Part shown: positions 30,703 to 41,162 of the stretch, piece by piece
How the letters are laid out: each line of letters begins with the position of its first letter
How positions within the stretch are numbered: position 1 is the stretch's first letter
Source: a virus
Taxonomy: Duplodnaviria > Caudoviricetes
IMG/VR virus record: IMGVR_UViG_3300032007_000001
Length of the DNA stretch: 64,000 bases
Reading direction: 5' to 3' (one strand)
Notes under the pieces: generated by a model
The model's input: the letters and a program-made list of their open reading frames with translations, nothing else
Database searches by the model: none
Told to the model about the DNA's origin: nothing
Made by a program: the position numbers and the translations under genes

Positions 30703-31837
30703 CTTCTATTTCCACCTTATTGACTATCTCTTTACATAATTTAATACGTTCATCCGAACGAGTTTGACCCTCATAATACTTTTCTATTGCCGAAAAAGTT
30801 GGCATCGAATTACTGATTTCATTATCTGTATTAACTTCATTTTTTATTTCATATCCTATTTTAAGCAAATATTGTATCTGTTTTTCTTCATAAAGATATG
30901 AAATAATCTTTTTTTCATTAATTTTAATATCATTATCCAATTTTAATTTAATTCTAACTATCGTATTTTTTAAGTTATGATTGGATAATTCATTAATAAT
31001 AATATCTTCTATCTTTTCAGCATCCGTTTCATTTGCAAAATCCATTTTTAATGTATAGAATTTTTGCGCAGAATTAATTGGTATTAACTTAAAATCTTCA
31101 ACTACATTATTGATAATTTCAAGATACACATACCCTTTTTCTTGTTTTTCTTCCGAAAAATCTATACGGTCAGCGCTTCCACAATAAAACATTAACGGGT
31201 CTTTATAAGAAAGTATTTGATGTTTATGAAGATGTCCAAGAATAACGGCTATGATATTTTTGTTTTCAAATATTTCTTTGTCTATTGCTGTTTCGTTATC
31301 AATAATATTCCAATCGTTCAAAAACGCATCTTTTATCGTTAAATGTCCAATAATAATATTATTTTTGTTTTCATCCAATTGATTGACACAATTGATTATT
31401 TCTTCTTTTGTATGATGTGTTGGAAGAAATACGAAATTATACGTTTCTTTTCCAAAAGTAACTTCTTTTTCTTTGAAAAAACGTGTTTGAATAATATTGG
31501 GAACTTCCAACGTATCAAACTGATGCAATCCTGACGAAAACGCATCCATTTTGGAAACGTCATGGTTTCCATCTAACACTAAAGTACATATATTATTATT
31601 GCTCAATTTTAAGAATGCTTCATTTACTTTATTGATAAGAGTTGGAGACATAAGACTCGTTTTGAACATATCTCCAGCAAAAACAACAACATCTATTTTC
31701 ATATCAATAGCATCATCTATGATTTTATTTAAGATTCTAATTGCTCTTGCTTCTCTTTGATAAATTCCTGTATTTGGGTCCAATTTGCAATAATTTTTTT
31801 GTCCGACATGCAAATCAGCAAAACATATTACTCTCAA
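30695..31837 (-). CDS. sbcD: SbcD/Mre11-like nuclease
   Basis: ADLHVG, AGDMF, GNHD, LGHLHKHQ, YCGS...DFSE metallophosphoesterase motifs; near sbcC. Confidence 0.9.
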   Translation of the reverse strand: MRVICFADLHVGQKNYCKLDPNTGIYQREARAIRILNKIIDDAIDMKIDVVVFAGDMFKTSLMSPTLINKVNEAFLKLSNNNICTLVLDGNHDVSKMDAFSSGLHQFDTLEVPNIIQTRFFKEKEVTFGKETYNFVFLPTHHTKEEIINCVNQLDENKNNIIIGHLTIKDAFLNDWNIIDNETAIDKEIFENKNIIAVILGHLHKHQILSYKDPLMFYCGSADRIDFSEEKQEKGYVYLEIINNVVEDFKLIPINSAQKFYTLKMDFANETDAEKIEDIIINELSNHNLKNTIVRIKLKLDNDIKINEKKIISYLYEEKQIQYLLKIGYEIKNEVNTDNEISNSMPTFSAIEKYYEGQTRSDERIKLCKEIVNKVEIEDV

Positions 31838-32418
31838 TGTTTTTTAATTCCTTTCTTCTTTTTCTTTTCTACAGGTTCACCATTCATAATGCAATATGTA
31901 ACGCAAGCAGATATTGAGTCTGTTACATCATCATTAAATTCTTTTAAGAAATGACTTTTCCCAAAAATTTCGATGATTTTATCTGCAACCTCTTTTTTCA
32001 TTTCTTTGCCAGTCTTTTTTGTGCCATCTTCATTTTTTGCTTTTATTCCACCAAGAACTTTTGATTTTAATGTCATAACAGCATAATATGTAATTGGCAA
32101 TTTTTCTTTTTTGGCAATCAATTGCATTACACCATGGAACATACTTAGTTTTTGAATTACTAATTTATTGGCTCCAACAAATGGTGCTTCTGCAGAAATC
32201 CCATTTGGATGATACGTTTCAATAATCTGTTTTAATTTATTTTCAAAAAATACAAGTGTTTCTCCTATATCCATCCCATTTCTTTCTATTGTACCGTAAT
32301 CTATCATTTTATATTTGTTTTCGCTAATATATTTTATTACACTCCAACCAGTTGATTGCGTTGAAATGTCCAATCCCAAAATAATAAAATTTTCAAATAA
32401 CAATGTAATACTCTCCAA
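31834..32418 (-). CDS. ruvC: RuvC-like Holliday junction resolvase
   Basis: ILGLDISTQSTGWSV, SAEAPF, DDVTDS catalytic acidic residues. Confidence 0.8.
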   Translation of the reverse strand: MESITLLFENFIILGLDISTQSTGWSVIKYISENKYKMIDYGTIERNGMDIGETLVFFENKLKQIIETYHPNGISAEAPFVGANKLVIQKLSMFHGVMQLIAKKEKLPITYYAVMTLKSKVLGGIKAKNEDGTKKTGKEMKKEVADKIIEIFGKSHFLKEFNDDVTDSISACVTYCIMNGEPVEKKKKKGIKKH

Positions 32419-32427
32419 TCATAAAAA

Positions 32428-32450
32428 GAGGTGCGATTTTCACGCACCTC
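32428..32450 (-). terminator. Intrinsic terminator
   Basis: GAGGTGCG / CGCACCTC hairpin with T-run on minus strand. Confidence 0.7.
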
Positions 32451-32456
32451 ATATTT

Positions 32457-33365
32457 TTAGAACGTTAATTTTACAATTAAAGAATTATCGTCTGTTTTTA
32501 TAGAGGATACGAATCTAAAATCGATTGTATGATTATTAATCAATTCGGGGTATGCCTCATCTTTATACATAACTTTATTATCTTCAACTGCTAAAATTTC
32601 AACTTTCGGCATCACACAAGCATTTGCGAAACCTTCACCCTGCGGAGTAAATACTTGATTAACATCAAAATCAATTGTAATTGAATATGCTGTTACATCA
32701 TCTTCTCCCTCTACAGATTCTGGAGTTCCAATTTCATCAAGCTTAAACGCAATTGTTTGAACAACACCATTTATTGGAACGTTGATTGAATATGTCGTCC
32801 CTTCATTTGAAACAGTTACTACAGAATTTGCTAAATAACTTGAATTTTCATTGTGACGCCAAATAAATGGATTTTGAATTTCACCAGTTCCAGGATTTGA
32901 TGAACCAGGATTGTTTTCTACAGCTGTTAATCTATTACTAATACTTGTAATTTGTTGATTTGCAGTTGTAAACTTTTCATCAATTTCATCAGCAAAATTA
33001 TGTAAATCAACGTTTCTTGCATAATCTATCATTTGCTGAGATAATCCATTTAATGACGTTGGCAGGAATGCAATTTTTTCTCTATTGCAAATTAATCCAT
33101 CACCATTTAATGGCATAAATTCATGTTGTAAAGCTTCAACAGTTAAAATATCGTTACTTAATTCATCTATATTTGCCACTGTGAATACAGCAACTTCTTC
33201 ATTACCATTTTCATTTTCAACATTCGCAAATACATAATCTCCAATTGAGATGTCATTCATTGAATAATTCATGTATGCGTCTGTGAAACGAATTGTTAAG
33301 TTATATTGATTTGATGAGATATTTTCTATATTTAAGATAGCTATTTTTCCATTAAAAATTTTCAC
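32457..33365 (-). CDS. Putative virion structural protein
   Basis: 302 aa, acidic, short coiled coil plus Pro/Gly linker, co-transcribed with fibre-like gene. Confidence 0.5.
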   Translation of the reverse strand: MKIFNGKIAILNIENISSNQYNLTIRFTDAYMNYSMNDISIGDYVFANVENENGNEEVAVFTVANIDELSNDILTVEALQHEFMPLNGDGLICNREKIAFLPTSLNGLSQQMIDYARNVDLHNFADEIDEKFTTANQQITSISNRLTAVENNPGSSNPGTGEIQNPFIWRHNENSSYLANSVVTVSNEGTTYSINVPINGVVQTIAFKLDEIGTPESVEGEDDVTAYSITIDFDVNQVFTPQGEGFANACVMPKVEILAVEDNKVMYKDEAYPELINNHTIDFRFVSSIKTDDNSLIVKLTF

Positions 33366-33377
33366 TTATCTCACCTC

Positions 33378-35873
33378 TCAATATGTAATTTTTACAACAA
33401 CTGGGGCTTGATTTCCGAAAGAAACTGCACATTCACAATAATGCGGATTATTGTCATCAGGATAGAATACATTCGTTCCTGGTTTTGTAGCTCCTTTCGA
33501 ACCCATCAATTGCATATAGAATACGTTGGCATAATTATAATCTAATGCATCTGTAACAGCTGAAGAAGAATCATAATCAATACTAATTCTATTGTTGCTT
33601 GGAATATCTTCAGCTGCAATGCTAAATCTTACAGACTGAACAAACTTACTCTTTGTAATTACAACATTTGCACCATTCTTTTCAAATGTAAGAGCATCTT
33701 CATCATATGCTAAGAATTTGCAACCGTTGCTTTCAAATTCCTGAAGTTCTTTTGGTTCAGCTGGTTCGCTCGAACCAGAACCTGCTGGCATATCGACATA
33801 TTCAAGTTTATCGTCTGTAGCATTATAAGAAATAACCTTGCCAGCACCAATGTTGCTTTCATCTATTTCTTTCGTACCAAGTAAACCATTGTTTATGTCA
33901 TTTGAATTTGCTTTACTAGATAAAAGTTCGTTAACTTCTGTTTTATTATATACATTTGCAACAAGATTATCAACTTCTGACTTAGTATAAGCATTGTCAG
34001 GAGTTAATAATGTTGGCTTATTAAGAACATTATCCCATGTAACCGAACCAGTGCTTGAACCGGAACCATTTGTCATGCAAATGAAGTTTCCGCCATAATA
34101 CAGATAGGTTGCTTTTCCAGTAACACCATCTGGGTCTCCAGCTGCATCCAATACAACGTAATGACCGCCTTCAACTCTTTCATCTTCTGGAATTGTAATT
34201 AAATCTGTATATGTATCAATTAATATGATATTGCTGCCTTCGCCTTTTACTTCATCAGGAATATATTCTACTGGAATTTTTCCTTCGTTATTTAATGGAG
34301 CATATCCATTAGCTTGGCCTTTCTTTGAAGAATCTTCTGGAGTAAAATCAAGTTTATCTTGTTTATTATCCCAAGCTTCAATTTGCGTATCGCTGACAAA
34401 TTTATGTGCAGTATCTGTAATGATACTTCCAGAAGTATGATTATGGTCAAGTAATGCTTTCGTTGATAATAAACTATCTACTTCTGTTTTTGTATAAACA
34501 TCCGCAGATACTCCACCAGAAATTAAAGCAAGTTTGCTATCAATAGCTTCCTTAGTATAAACTCTATCTTTATCAGCTTTACCATCTAATGCTTCATGAG
34601 TAGCGAGTGCATCAGCTTTATTACTTAACATTGCATCTAATGATATTCTTGTATAAGTACTCGTTACAACATTTTGCAAAAGAGAATCTATTTCTGATTT
34701 CTTATAAAAAGCATTTGGATTAAAAGCCTTAAGACTGTCAATATCCAATTCTGTGATAAGATTATTAACTTCTTCTTTATTGTAGTAAGAAGCTAAGAAT
34801 GTATCTATATCAAGTTTTGAATATGTTTGAGCAGCATTTGCTTTTACACCGAGGAATGAATCAATTTGTGCTCTTGTATATGTATCAAGCATTGTATCGC
34901 TCAAAGAACTCTTTGTTACGAAAATGCTGTTGATATCATCCTTAGAATATGTACTTTCTAAATCTAATTTGTTTTCTAATTTTTCAAGTACTTCTTCTTT
35001 TGTGAAGTAATTATTTAATTCTTCATTATCAACTTTATTATCAATTGATAAATATTTTGGGTCATTTGCAGCCACAGCAATAGCTTCGTCTTCTGTATCT
35101 GTTGTAAGTTTTACTGTGCCATATTCAAGCGTTGATGCATGAGTAATGGCAGATACAATATCACTGGCACCTAATGGCAACCAATTTGAACCATCATTTG
35201 TATATTGCCATTCGTCCAAATCTTCATTATACTTAATACCAACTTTTGGTTGCGAACCTCTGTTTACAAATAATCCGCAATGTTCTACTGGAACACCAGT
35301 ATCGTCAATATTTAATGTAAATGAAGCAGAAACTGTACCATTATAATTTGCTTTTCCATCTACAAGATTTTGAACATCTGATGACGAAAGTTTTTCATCT
35401 AATGCATCTTGTAAACCAGTAATAGCACTTATACTATGGCTGTTTTCTTTGTTACGATTTTGAAGCTGAGCGTGCTGTGAAGGATAACCTCCAACTGCAT
35501 ACATTGGTCTTGCATCATATACCATATCATTGGTAATCATATTGGTAGATGACTTAACATAAACCAATGCTATAGGTAACATGTTTTGCGTAAGAGTTGG
35601 ACATTCTGGATTGTTTGGTGCTGCAATACCGTTAACCAATACAACTCTTCCGGCTGAGTTTAATGCAACTATTACCCATTTTGCTCCAGATTTTGGAGCT
35701 GTAATTTTTGGAGAAACGCCTCCAGCATATTCTACTAACTTTTCATTGTTAATCCAATATGAACCTTCTCTTATTTTTATGGTCATATCTGGAGTATCGT
35801 TAGCAGAAGGCTGGAACATCATGTTTGCATAGTTGCCACGGCGAAAATCATCGCCCTTTGGTGGTCTATTCAC
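33378..35873 (-). CDS. Fibre-like virion protein with repeated Y(T/S/N)KxE(V/I)DxLL segments
   Basis: About ten YTKxEVD-type repeats; HSISAITGLQDALD, GTVKL, KGQANGYAPL, WDNVLNKP motifs; GTG start at 35873 after GAGGTG. Confidence 0.7.
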   Translation of the reverse strand: MNRPPKGDDFRRGNYANMMFQPSANDTPDMTIKIREGSYWINNEKLVEYAGGVSPKITAPKSGAKWVIVALNSAGRVVLVNGIAAPNNPECPTLTQNMLPIALVYVKSSTNMITNDMVYDARPMYAVGGYPSQHAQLQNRNKENSHSISAITGLQDALDEKLSSSDVQNLVDGKANYNGTVSASFTLNIDDTGVPVEHCGLFVNRGSQPKVGIKYNEDLDEWQYTNDGSNWLPLGASDIVSAITHASTLEYGTVKLTTDTEDEAIAVAANDPKYLSIDNKVDNEELNNYFTKEEVLEKLENKLDLESTYSKDDINSIFVTKSSLSDTMLDTYTRAQIDSFLGVKANAAQTYSKLDIDTFLASYYNKEEVNNLITELDIDSLKAFNPNAFYKKSEIDSLLQNVVTSTYTRISLDAMLSNKADALATHEALDGKADKDRVYTKEAIDSKLALISGGVSADVYTKTEVDSLLSTKALLDHNHTSGSIITDTAHKFVSDTQIEAWDNKQDKLDFTPEDSSKKGQANGYAPLNNEGKIPVEYIPDEVKGEGSNIILIDTYTDLITIPEDERVEGGHYVVLDAAGDPDGVTGKATYLYYGGNFICMTNGSGSSTGSVTWDNVLNKPTLLTPDNAYTKSEVDNLVANVYNKTEVNELLSSKANSNDINNGLLGTKEIDESNIGAGKVISYNATDDKLEYVDMPAGSGSSEPAEPKELQEFESNGCKFLAYDEDALTFEKNGANVVITKSKFVQSVRFSIAAEDIPSNNRISIDYDSSSAVTDALDYNYANVFYMQLMGSKGATKPGTNVFYPDDNNPHYCECAVSFGNQAPVVVKITY

Positions 35874-35994
35874 GTGAAAGTTCACCTCGTTATAACGATT
35901 TTTATGTTTTGTGCACAAACATTTTTTTCTTTATTACACTTTCAAAAATAGAATATAAAAATAGTCATTGAAAATTTTGTTTGTATGCAAAAAG

Positions 35995-36023
35995 TTTACG
36001 AAACGCAAAAATTTTGATATAAT
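35995..36023 (+). promoter_or_regulatory. Sigma-A-type promoter
   Basis: TTTACG-17 bp-TATAAT, TGn extension. Confidence 0.65.
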
Positions 36024-36047
36024 CAAATATACAACGAGGTGATAAAT

Positions 36048-36761
36048 ATGATTTTCGTAACCGGAGATTTACACGGAAGCAACGATATAGGGAAAATAAA
36101 TCCAAGAAGTAAATTCAGAAGAACATATAAAGATTTAACAAAAAAAGACTATCTTATTATTTGTGGCGATTTTGGAGTTATTTGGAGAGCTGCTCCAGAT
36201 GATGAAGAAAAGAGATTATTAAATTACTTAACAAATGAATGTCCATGGACAACGCTTTTTATTGACGGAAATCACGAAAATTTTGAAAGATTAAAGCAAT
36301 ATAAAGTTAGTACATGGAAAGGCGGAAAAATACAAAAAATAACAGATAGCGTATACCACCTGTTAAGAGGAGAAATATTCAAAATAGAAAACAAAACATT
36401 CTTTACATTTGGCGGAGGAAAATCTTACGACCAAGATATGAGAACACCTTATGTAAGTTGGTGGCCAGATGAAATCCCAAATTACGAAGAATTTAAGAAT
36501 GGATTTGAAAATTTATTAAAACACAAAAAAACAGTTGATTACTTCATAACTCATACATGTTCTAGAGAAGTTATGAATTTATTCATCAAAAAGAAAGTAT
36601 TTTATGATATTTGGGAAGATAGCACATTTACAACAATCGGTTCACTTGCTGATTTTGCAACGATAAAAAAACATTGGTTTTTCGGACATTTTCATAAAGA
36701 CGTTCAATTGGATGAAAAAATAACATGTTTATATAACAAAGTCATAAAATTGGACGATTAA
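36048..36761 (+). CDS. Calcineurin-like metallophosphoesterase
   Basis: TGDLHG, CGDFG, DGNHE, ITHT, FGHFH motifs. Confidence 0.9.
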   Translation: MIFVTGDLHGSNDIGKINPRSKFRRTYKDLTKKDYLIICGDFGVIWRAAPDDEEKRLLNYLTNECPWTTLFIDGNHENFERLKQYKVSTWKGGKIQKITDSVYHLLRGEIFKIENKTFFTFGGGKSYDQDMRTPYVSWWPDEIPNYEEFKNGFENLLKHKKTVDYFITHTCSREVMNLFIKKKVFYDIWEDSTFTTIGSLADFATIKKHWFFGHFHKDVQLDEKITCLYNKVIKLDD

Positions 36762-36763
36762 AA

Positions 36764-36785
36764 AAGAGTGGCATAAACCACTCTT
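36764..36785. terminator. Probable bidirectional terminator
   Basis: AAGAGTGG / CCACTCTT between convergent genes. Confidence 0.6.
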
Positions 36786-37068
36786 ATATTTTGTCATTTT
36801 TACTGAAAGAAACATCTCCAGTATTTTCATTTATAATCATGATAATTGAACCGAAATCCTGAGTATTTTGAAATAGCCCATTCAAAAACCCAAGCATACC
36901 TAAACTAAATTTATTTTTCTCCTCATGTACATTTGTATATCTATCATTTACTATAGAATCATTACACAATTCTCTGTGCAAACATAATTTTTTTATGCAT
37001 TCGTTATCTTTTCTTGCAAGAGAATTCAAAAAATCTATAGTATCATCAATCGAAACAACTGGCCTCAT
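36784..37068 (-). CDS. Hypothetical phage protein
   Basis: 94 aa, directly after dnaE-C; IDFLNSL and LGMLGFLNGLF motifs. Confidence 0.6.
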   Translation of the reverse strand: MRPVVSIDDTIDFLNSLARKDNECIKKLCLHRELCNDSIVNDRYTNVHEEKNKFSLGMLGFLNGLFQNTQDFGSIIMIINENTGDVSFSKNDKI

Positions 37069-37069
37069 G

Positions 37070-39508
37070 CTATACTCCTTTTACGGATTTTGCGGTAATG
37101 CCTCCAAATCCCTTTTCGCCATCTATTATGATGAGATTTCCAGGCTGCAATAATTCCATATTCCTTACATACATGTTACCCCATACAATCACCCTGATTG
37201 TTTCCAATGGACCCAATAAATACAAACGATAATAATTTTTTCCTTTAGCTGTTTTCCTCGTTTCAATATTTTTAATAATTCCGCCAGTTTCTACCATTTC
37301 ACCATCTTTATATTCATCTAACATATGAATTCCAGGATGTTCCATCGGATGACGAATAAAAGATACTTCAAATTTTGTCATTTCTTCTATATATGCTTTA
37401 TTTTTATTGAATCTTACATTTTTCATTGTTTCTTTTGCTTTATCAAATGCATATGTAAATTTATCTATTTCTTCTACTTTTACATTATCTTTTTTGAATA
37501 TGCCTTTAGGCTTACATCTCGTTGCTTCTACTTCTTCAATTGTCTTTCCAAACCTTTCAAGCATGTTTTCTGGAACAACAACAAAACCCTTTTTAGCTTT
37601 TTCTTCTATTAAATCTCCTTCATCAAACTCGTCCAATAATGGTTGACATACTGTGGACAAATCAACTAAATAATTAGGAATTGATTTCTTTTCATTGCTT
37701 TCTCTATATGCATTCAGCCATATCATAATTTGTTTGCGATTCATATACACAAGACATTTATCATCTTTATCAATTACATTAAAAAATTCTCTATCATCTT
37801 CGTTTATTTGACTTGCATTTACTTCCAATGGCACATTATCAAATGCACCAATTTCCATACATACTTCTACGTTCTTTTTATTATGTCCTTGTGCACCTGT
37901 TTTCTCATAAAATTCTTGAATCGTATTAAATGGCTGAGCTGACATTATATCATTGCATCCGGCTTCGCCCAATCCCTTTATGCATTTCAATCCCATTCTT
38001 ATTTCATTCGTTTCAACGTTTTCAATTTCTGCATTGAATTTTGAAATTGAAATATCTGGAGGATTGATTTGCATACCAAAAGCTCTTGCTTCTTGCATAC
38101 ATGTTCCATAATGTTCCATTGGTTCATTATTAAAAAGAACAGTAAAAAATACTAATGGATAATTTGCTTTTACCCATGCACACCAAAAACTAATATACGA
38201 ATAACACATACTGTGACTCTTGTTAAAGAGATAAGCAGAATTATCAATAATAGATTTTGCTATAAATTCACATGCTTCTTTAGGTATTCCTCGTTTTGTA
38301 CCTGATTCAACTGCTTCTTTTTGGAATTGTTCTACCAATGGCTTGTTTTTAGGTTTATCAGGCTTTTCCAAAGCTCTTCTAAATATATCTGCTTCACCAA
38401 AGTCAATGCCTAATAATTCTGCTATTAGACCCATAACCTGTTCTTGATAAACTATACCTCCCATTGTTGGAGCTAATATTTTATCAAATGATGGCCATAT
38501 TTTTCTTAATTTACTTGGGTCTTTTTTAGCTGCGCAATATTCATCCAATCCAGAAGTACCTGGACGAATAAAAGCATTGACAGCTGAAAGTTCTTCCATA
38601 TTTCTTGGCTTAATTTTTTGTATAACTGGTTTTGCAGCTATTCCATCCATCTGGAAAACACCGCGAAGATATTTAGCATCACATATTAAATCCCAAGTCT
38701 TTTCATCATTTATTGGAATTGACATTGTGTGATATTCTTTATTGTAATACTTATTTATCAATTCTAATTCATCATATATGATATCCATTGTCCGTAAACG
38801 AAGAATATCATATTTCATTCCGCCAATTTGTTCAATTTCGTCTTTGCAATAAGCAGATTTATACCATGTATTTCCCGATTTTGTTTCTGCTGCTGGAACT
38901 ACTGGTGTTAAATCTGTTATTTCAAATTCTTCTGGTGCAATAATAATTCCAGCTGGATGTTGGCTAACTGATTTCGGAAGATTTAAGAATAATTTCATGT
39001 AATCTTTAATATGATATTGCTCATATTTTTTGAAAAAATCTACAATTTCAGGTATATCTTTTATATCATCAAATTTTTTAGCATCAGCATCTATTTTTTT
39101 AGCGGCTTTATCAACTTCATCTAATGGAATATCAAAAACTCTAGCTATATCTCTTATTGCAGCTCTTGGCTTCATATATTGAAACGTGGAGATATTGCAA
39201 CAATGATTTTGTCCAAACGTTTTATTTATGTAGTCATATATTTCATCACTTCGTTGATAAGAACTATCATTATCAATATCTGGCACGTGGCCTTTACGCT
39301 TTGGATTTAAGAAACGTTCAAAAATCAAATCATATTCCATTGGGTCAACTTGTGTAATATCCAATGCATAATTCAAAAGAGCTCCAGCACCGGAATTATG
39401 TACCACAAGCCCATCTATATTATATGAATGTACATTTTCAACTTCTAAATCATAAATTTTTCCTTTATACTGAAATGTTTCTTTTTTTGTCAGCCTTTTA
39501 TATTTCAT
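37070..39508 (-). CDS. dnaE: DNA polymerase III alpha, C-terminal fragment, with N-terminal split-intein C-half
   Basis: After 38-aa IntC: SGAGALL...FERFLNP.R...PDIDND, HPAG, KYDIL, GVFQ, RPG, YQEQVM, FNKSHS, C-terminal OB fold. Confidence 0.95.
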   Translation of the reverse strand: MKYKRLTKKETFQYKGKIYDLEVENVHSYNIDGLVVHNSGAGALLNYALDITQVDPMEYDLIFERFLNPKRKGHVPDIDNDSSYQRSDEIYDYINKTFGQNHCCNISTFQYMKPRAAIRDIARVFDIPLDEVDKAAKKIDADAKKFDDIKDIPEIVDFFKKYEQYHIKDYMKLFLNLPKSVSQHPAGIIIAPEEFEITDLTPVVPAAETKSGNTWYKSAYCKDEIEQIGGMKYDILRLRTMDIIYDELELINKYYNKEYHTMSIPINDEKTWDLICDAKYLRGVFQMDGIAAKPVIQKIKPRNMEELSAVNAFIRPGTSGLDEYCAAKKDPSKLRKIWPSFDKILAPTMGGIVYQEQVMGLIAELLGIDFGEADIFRRALEKPDKPKNKPLVEQFQKEAVESGTKRGIPKEACEFIAKSIIDNSAYLFNKSHSMCYSYISFWCAWVKANYPLVFFTVLFNNEPMEHYGTCMQEARAFGMQINPPDISISKFNAEIENVETNEIRMGLKCIKGLGEAGCNDIMSAQPFNTIQEFYEKTGAQGHNKKNVEVCMEIGAFDNVPLEVNASQINEDDREFFNVIDKDDKCLVYMNRKQIMIWLNAYRESNEKKSIPNYLVDLSTVCQPLLDEFDEGDLIEEKAKKGFVVVPENMLERFGKTIEEVEATRCKPKGIFKKDNVKVEEIDKFTYAFDKAKETMKNVRFNKNKAYIEEMTKFEVSFIRHPMEHPGIHMLDEYKDGEMVETGGIIKNIETRKTAKGKNYYRLYLLGPLETIRVIVWGNMYVRNMELLQPGNLIIIDGEKGFGGITAKSVKGV
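39395..39508 (-). other. Split intein C-fragment (IntC, 38 aa)
   Basis: MKYKRLTKKETFQYKGKIYDLEVENVHSYNIDGLVVHN followed by Ser+1; block F YDLEV and terminal HN. Confidence 0.93.
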
Positions 39509-39511
39509 AAT

Positions 39512-39652
39512 TTATTCCTTTTCTTTACTTTCATAAAGTGATTTAAGTTCAAGTAACCATTTTTTTAATTGTAAATGCTCGTCTATACATTCTTTACAAG
39601 TCATTGTTTTAACTTTATCATCTATATGTGCAATGGCTTCTTCTAAAGACAT
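39512..39652 (-). CDS. Small hypothetical protein (46 aa, MSLEEAIAHI...CKEC...HLQLKKWLLELK)
   Basis: Translated by hand; AAAGGAG RBS; ends 3 nt before dnaE-C start. Confidence 0.65.
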   Translation of the reverse strand: MSLEEAIAHIDDKVKTMTCKECIDEHLQLKKWLLELKSLYESKEKE

Positions 39653-39748
39653 ACTAACAACTCCTTTCGTTATATGTTATTTTATAAAATTAAAGAATAA
39701 AAATTTTTCTAAAATAAAATCGAATAACATATTCTGGAGGAAATAAGG

Positions 39749-40690
39749 TTGAAAGAAAAATCAAAATTAAATAAAACAATAGATATATCAATAGAAGAAG
39801 GCAAGCAATATCTCGAACGTTGTATAAAAATAGAACATCAAGTAACCATAAATGATATTCTTAACAAAACAATAATAGGCAATACATTTGATGTATTAAA
39901 AAATCTGCCAAGCAATTTCGTCGATTTACTTATTGTAGACCCTCCATATAATATAAACAAAGATTTTCATGGACAAAAATTCAAAAAAGAATCTGATGAA
40001 AGTTATGAAGAATATACAGAAACTTGGATTAATACTGTAGAACATACATTAAAAGATAATGCTTCCATATATGTATGTTGTGATTGGAAATCAACATCAT
40101 CAATTTATAGAGCTTTGAAAAAACATTTTATTGTTCAGAATCGTATCACGTGGCAAAGAGAAAAAGGCCGTGGAGCTTTAATGAATTGGAAAAATGGCAT
40201 GGAGGATATTTGGTTTGCTACGAAATCTAAAAATTATACATTCAATGTAAACGATGTAAAAATAAGAAGAAAAGTAATGGCTACATATAAAGTAGATGGA
40301 AAACCCAAAGACTGGGAAGAGACCGAGGACGGAAATTTTAGAAATACATATCCATCTAATTTTTGGGACGATATTTCTATACCATATTGGTCAATGCCAG
40401 AAAACACAGCTCATCCAACTCAAAAACCAGAAAAACTTCTAGCAAAACTTATTCTTGCTAGTTCAAATAAAGATGATATTATCCTTGACCCATTTGTTGG
40501 TTCTGGTTCAACATCTGTAACTGCTAAGAAATTGGGAAGATATTATGTAGGAATAGAAATGAATCAACAATATTGTGTATGGGCTGAAAAGCGTATAGAA
40601 ATGGCAGACAAAGATATTGGAATTCAAGGATATGTCGATAATATATTTTGGGAAAGAAATACAACACCAGTACAGAAGAAAAAAGAATAG
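39749..40690 (+). CDS. Orphan DNA methyltransferase, N4-C/N6-A beta class
   Basis: Motif IV DPPY precedes HPTQKP and motif I DPFVGSGST; GGAGG RBS with TTG start. Confidence 0.9.
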   Translation: MKEKSKLNKTIDISIEEGKQYLERCIKIEHQVTINDILNKTIIGNTFDVLKNLPSNFVDLLIVDPPYNINKDFHGQKFKKESDESYEEYTETWINTVEHTLKDNASIYVCCDWKSTSSIYRALKKHFIVQNRITWQREKGRGALMNWKNGMEDIWFATKSKNYTFNVNDVKIRRKVMATYKVDGKPKDWEETEDGNFRNTYPSNFWDDISIPYWSMPENTAHPTQKPEKLLAKLILASSNKDDIILDPFVGSGSTSVTAKKLGRYYVGIEMNQQYCVWAEKRIEMADKDIGIQGYVDNIFWERNTTPVQKKKE

Positions 40691-40776
40691 AACAAATTTG
40701 TCTATAATAAACATGTTATTTTGCACTATTTTCTTTTAGTGTAAAAAATTTAATTTTATAAAAGAGGTCTTAAAAA

Positions 40777-41016
40777 ATGAAAAAGGAAACTATTGCCGCT
40801 ATTCTTGGATTTTTTGTTTGGGGATTGTTTTACGTTGAAAGAAGCAAGAAGATTTTCATGGCAATCGCCGGATTGTGCGTAGCAAGTTATGTATTAGTCA
40901 ACTTTGTTTCGCCAACCGCTGGTCTTATTGTAAATATTGCTGGTGCTTATCTTGGGCATAAGTGGATGAAGGAAAAGCTTGATGCTGAAGGCGAAACTAC
41001 AATGATCGAAGAGTAA
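40777..41016 (+). CDS. Small membrane protein
   Basis: 79 aa with two to three hydrophobic segments; GAGG RBS. Confidence 0.7.
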   Translation: MKKETIAAILGFFVWGLFYVERSKKIFMAIAGLCVASYVLVNFVSPTAGLIVNIAGAYLGHKWMKEKLDAEGETTMIEE

Positions 41017-41022
41017 AAAATT

Positions 41023-41050
41023 AAAAGACGGTCTAAATTGACCGTCTTTT
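41023..41050 (+). terminator. Intrinsic terminator
   Basis: AAAAGACGGTC / GACCGTCTTTT. Confidence 0.75.
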
Positions 41051-41106
41051 TTTATGTCACAAAATCAATCTATGTCTTATATTCCCTTAAAAAATTATAA
41101 AAACTA

Positions 41107-41135
41107 TTTACATTTCTTCAAATTTGTTATATAAT
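41107..41135 (+). promoter_or_regulatory. Sigma-A-type early promoter
   Basis: TTTACA-17 bp-TATAAT. Confidence 0.75.
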
Positions 41136-41162
41136 ATTGATAAATCAAAGGAGGTAGGCTAT

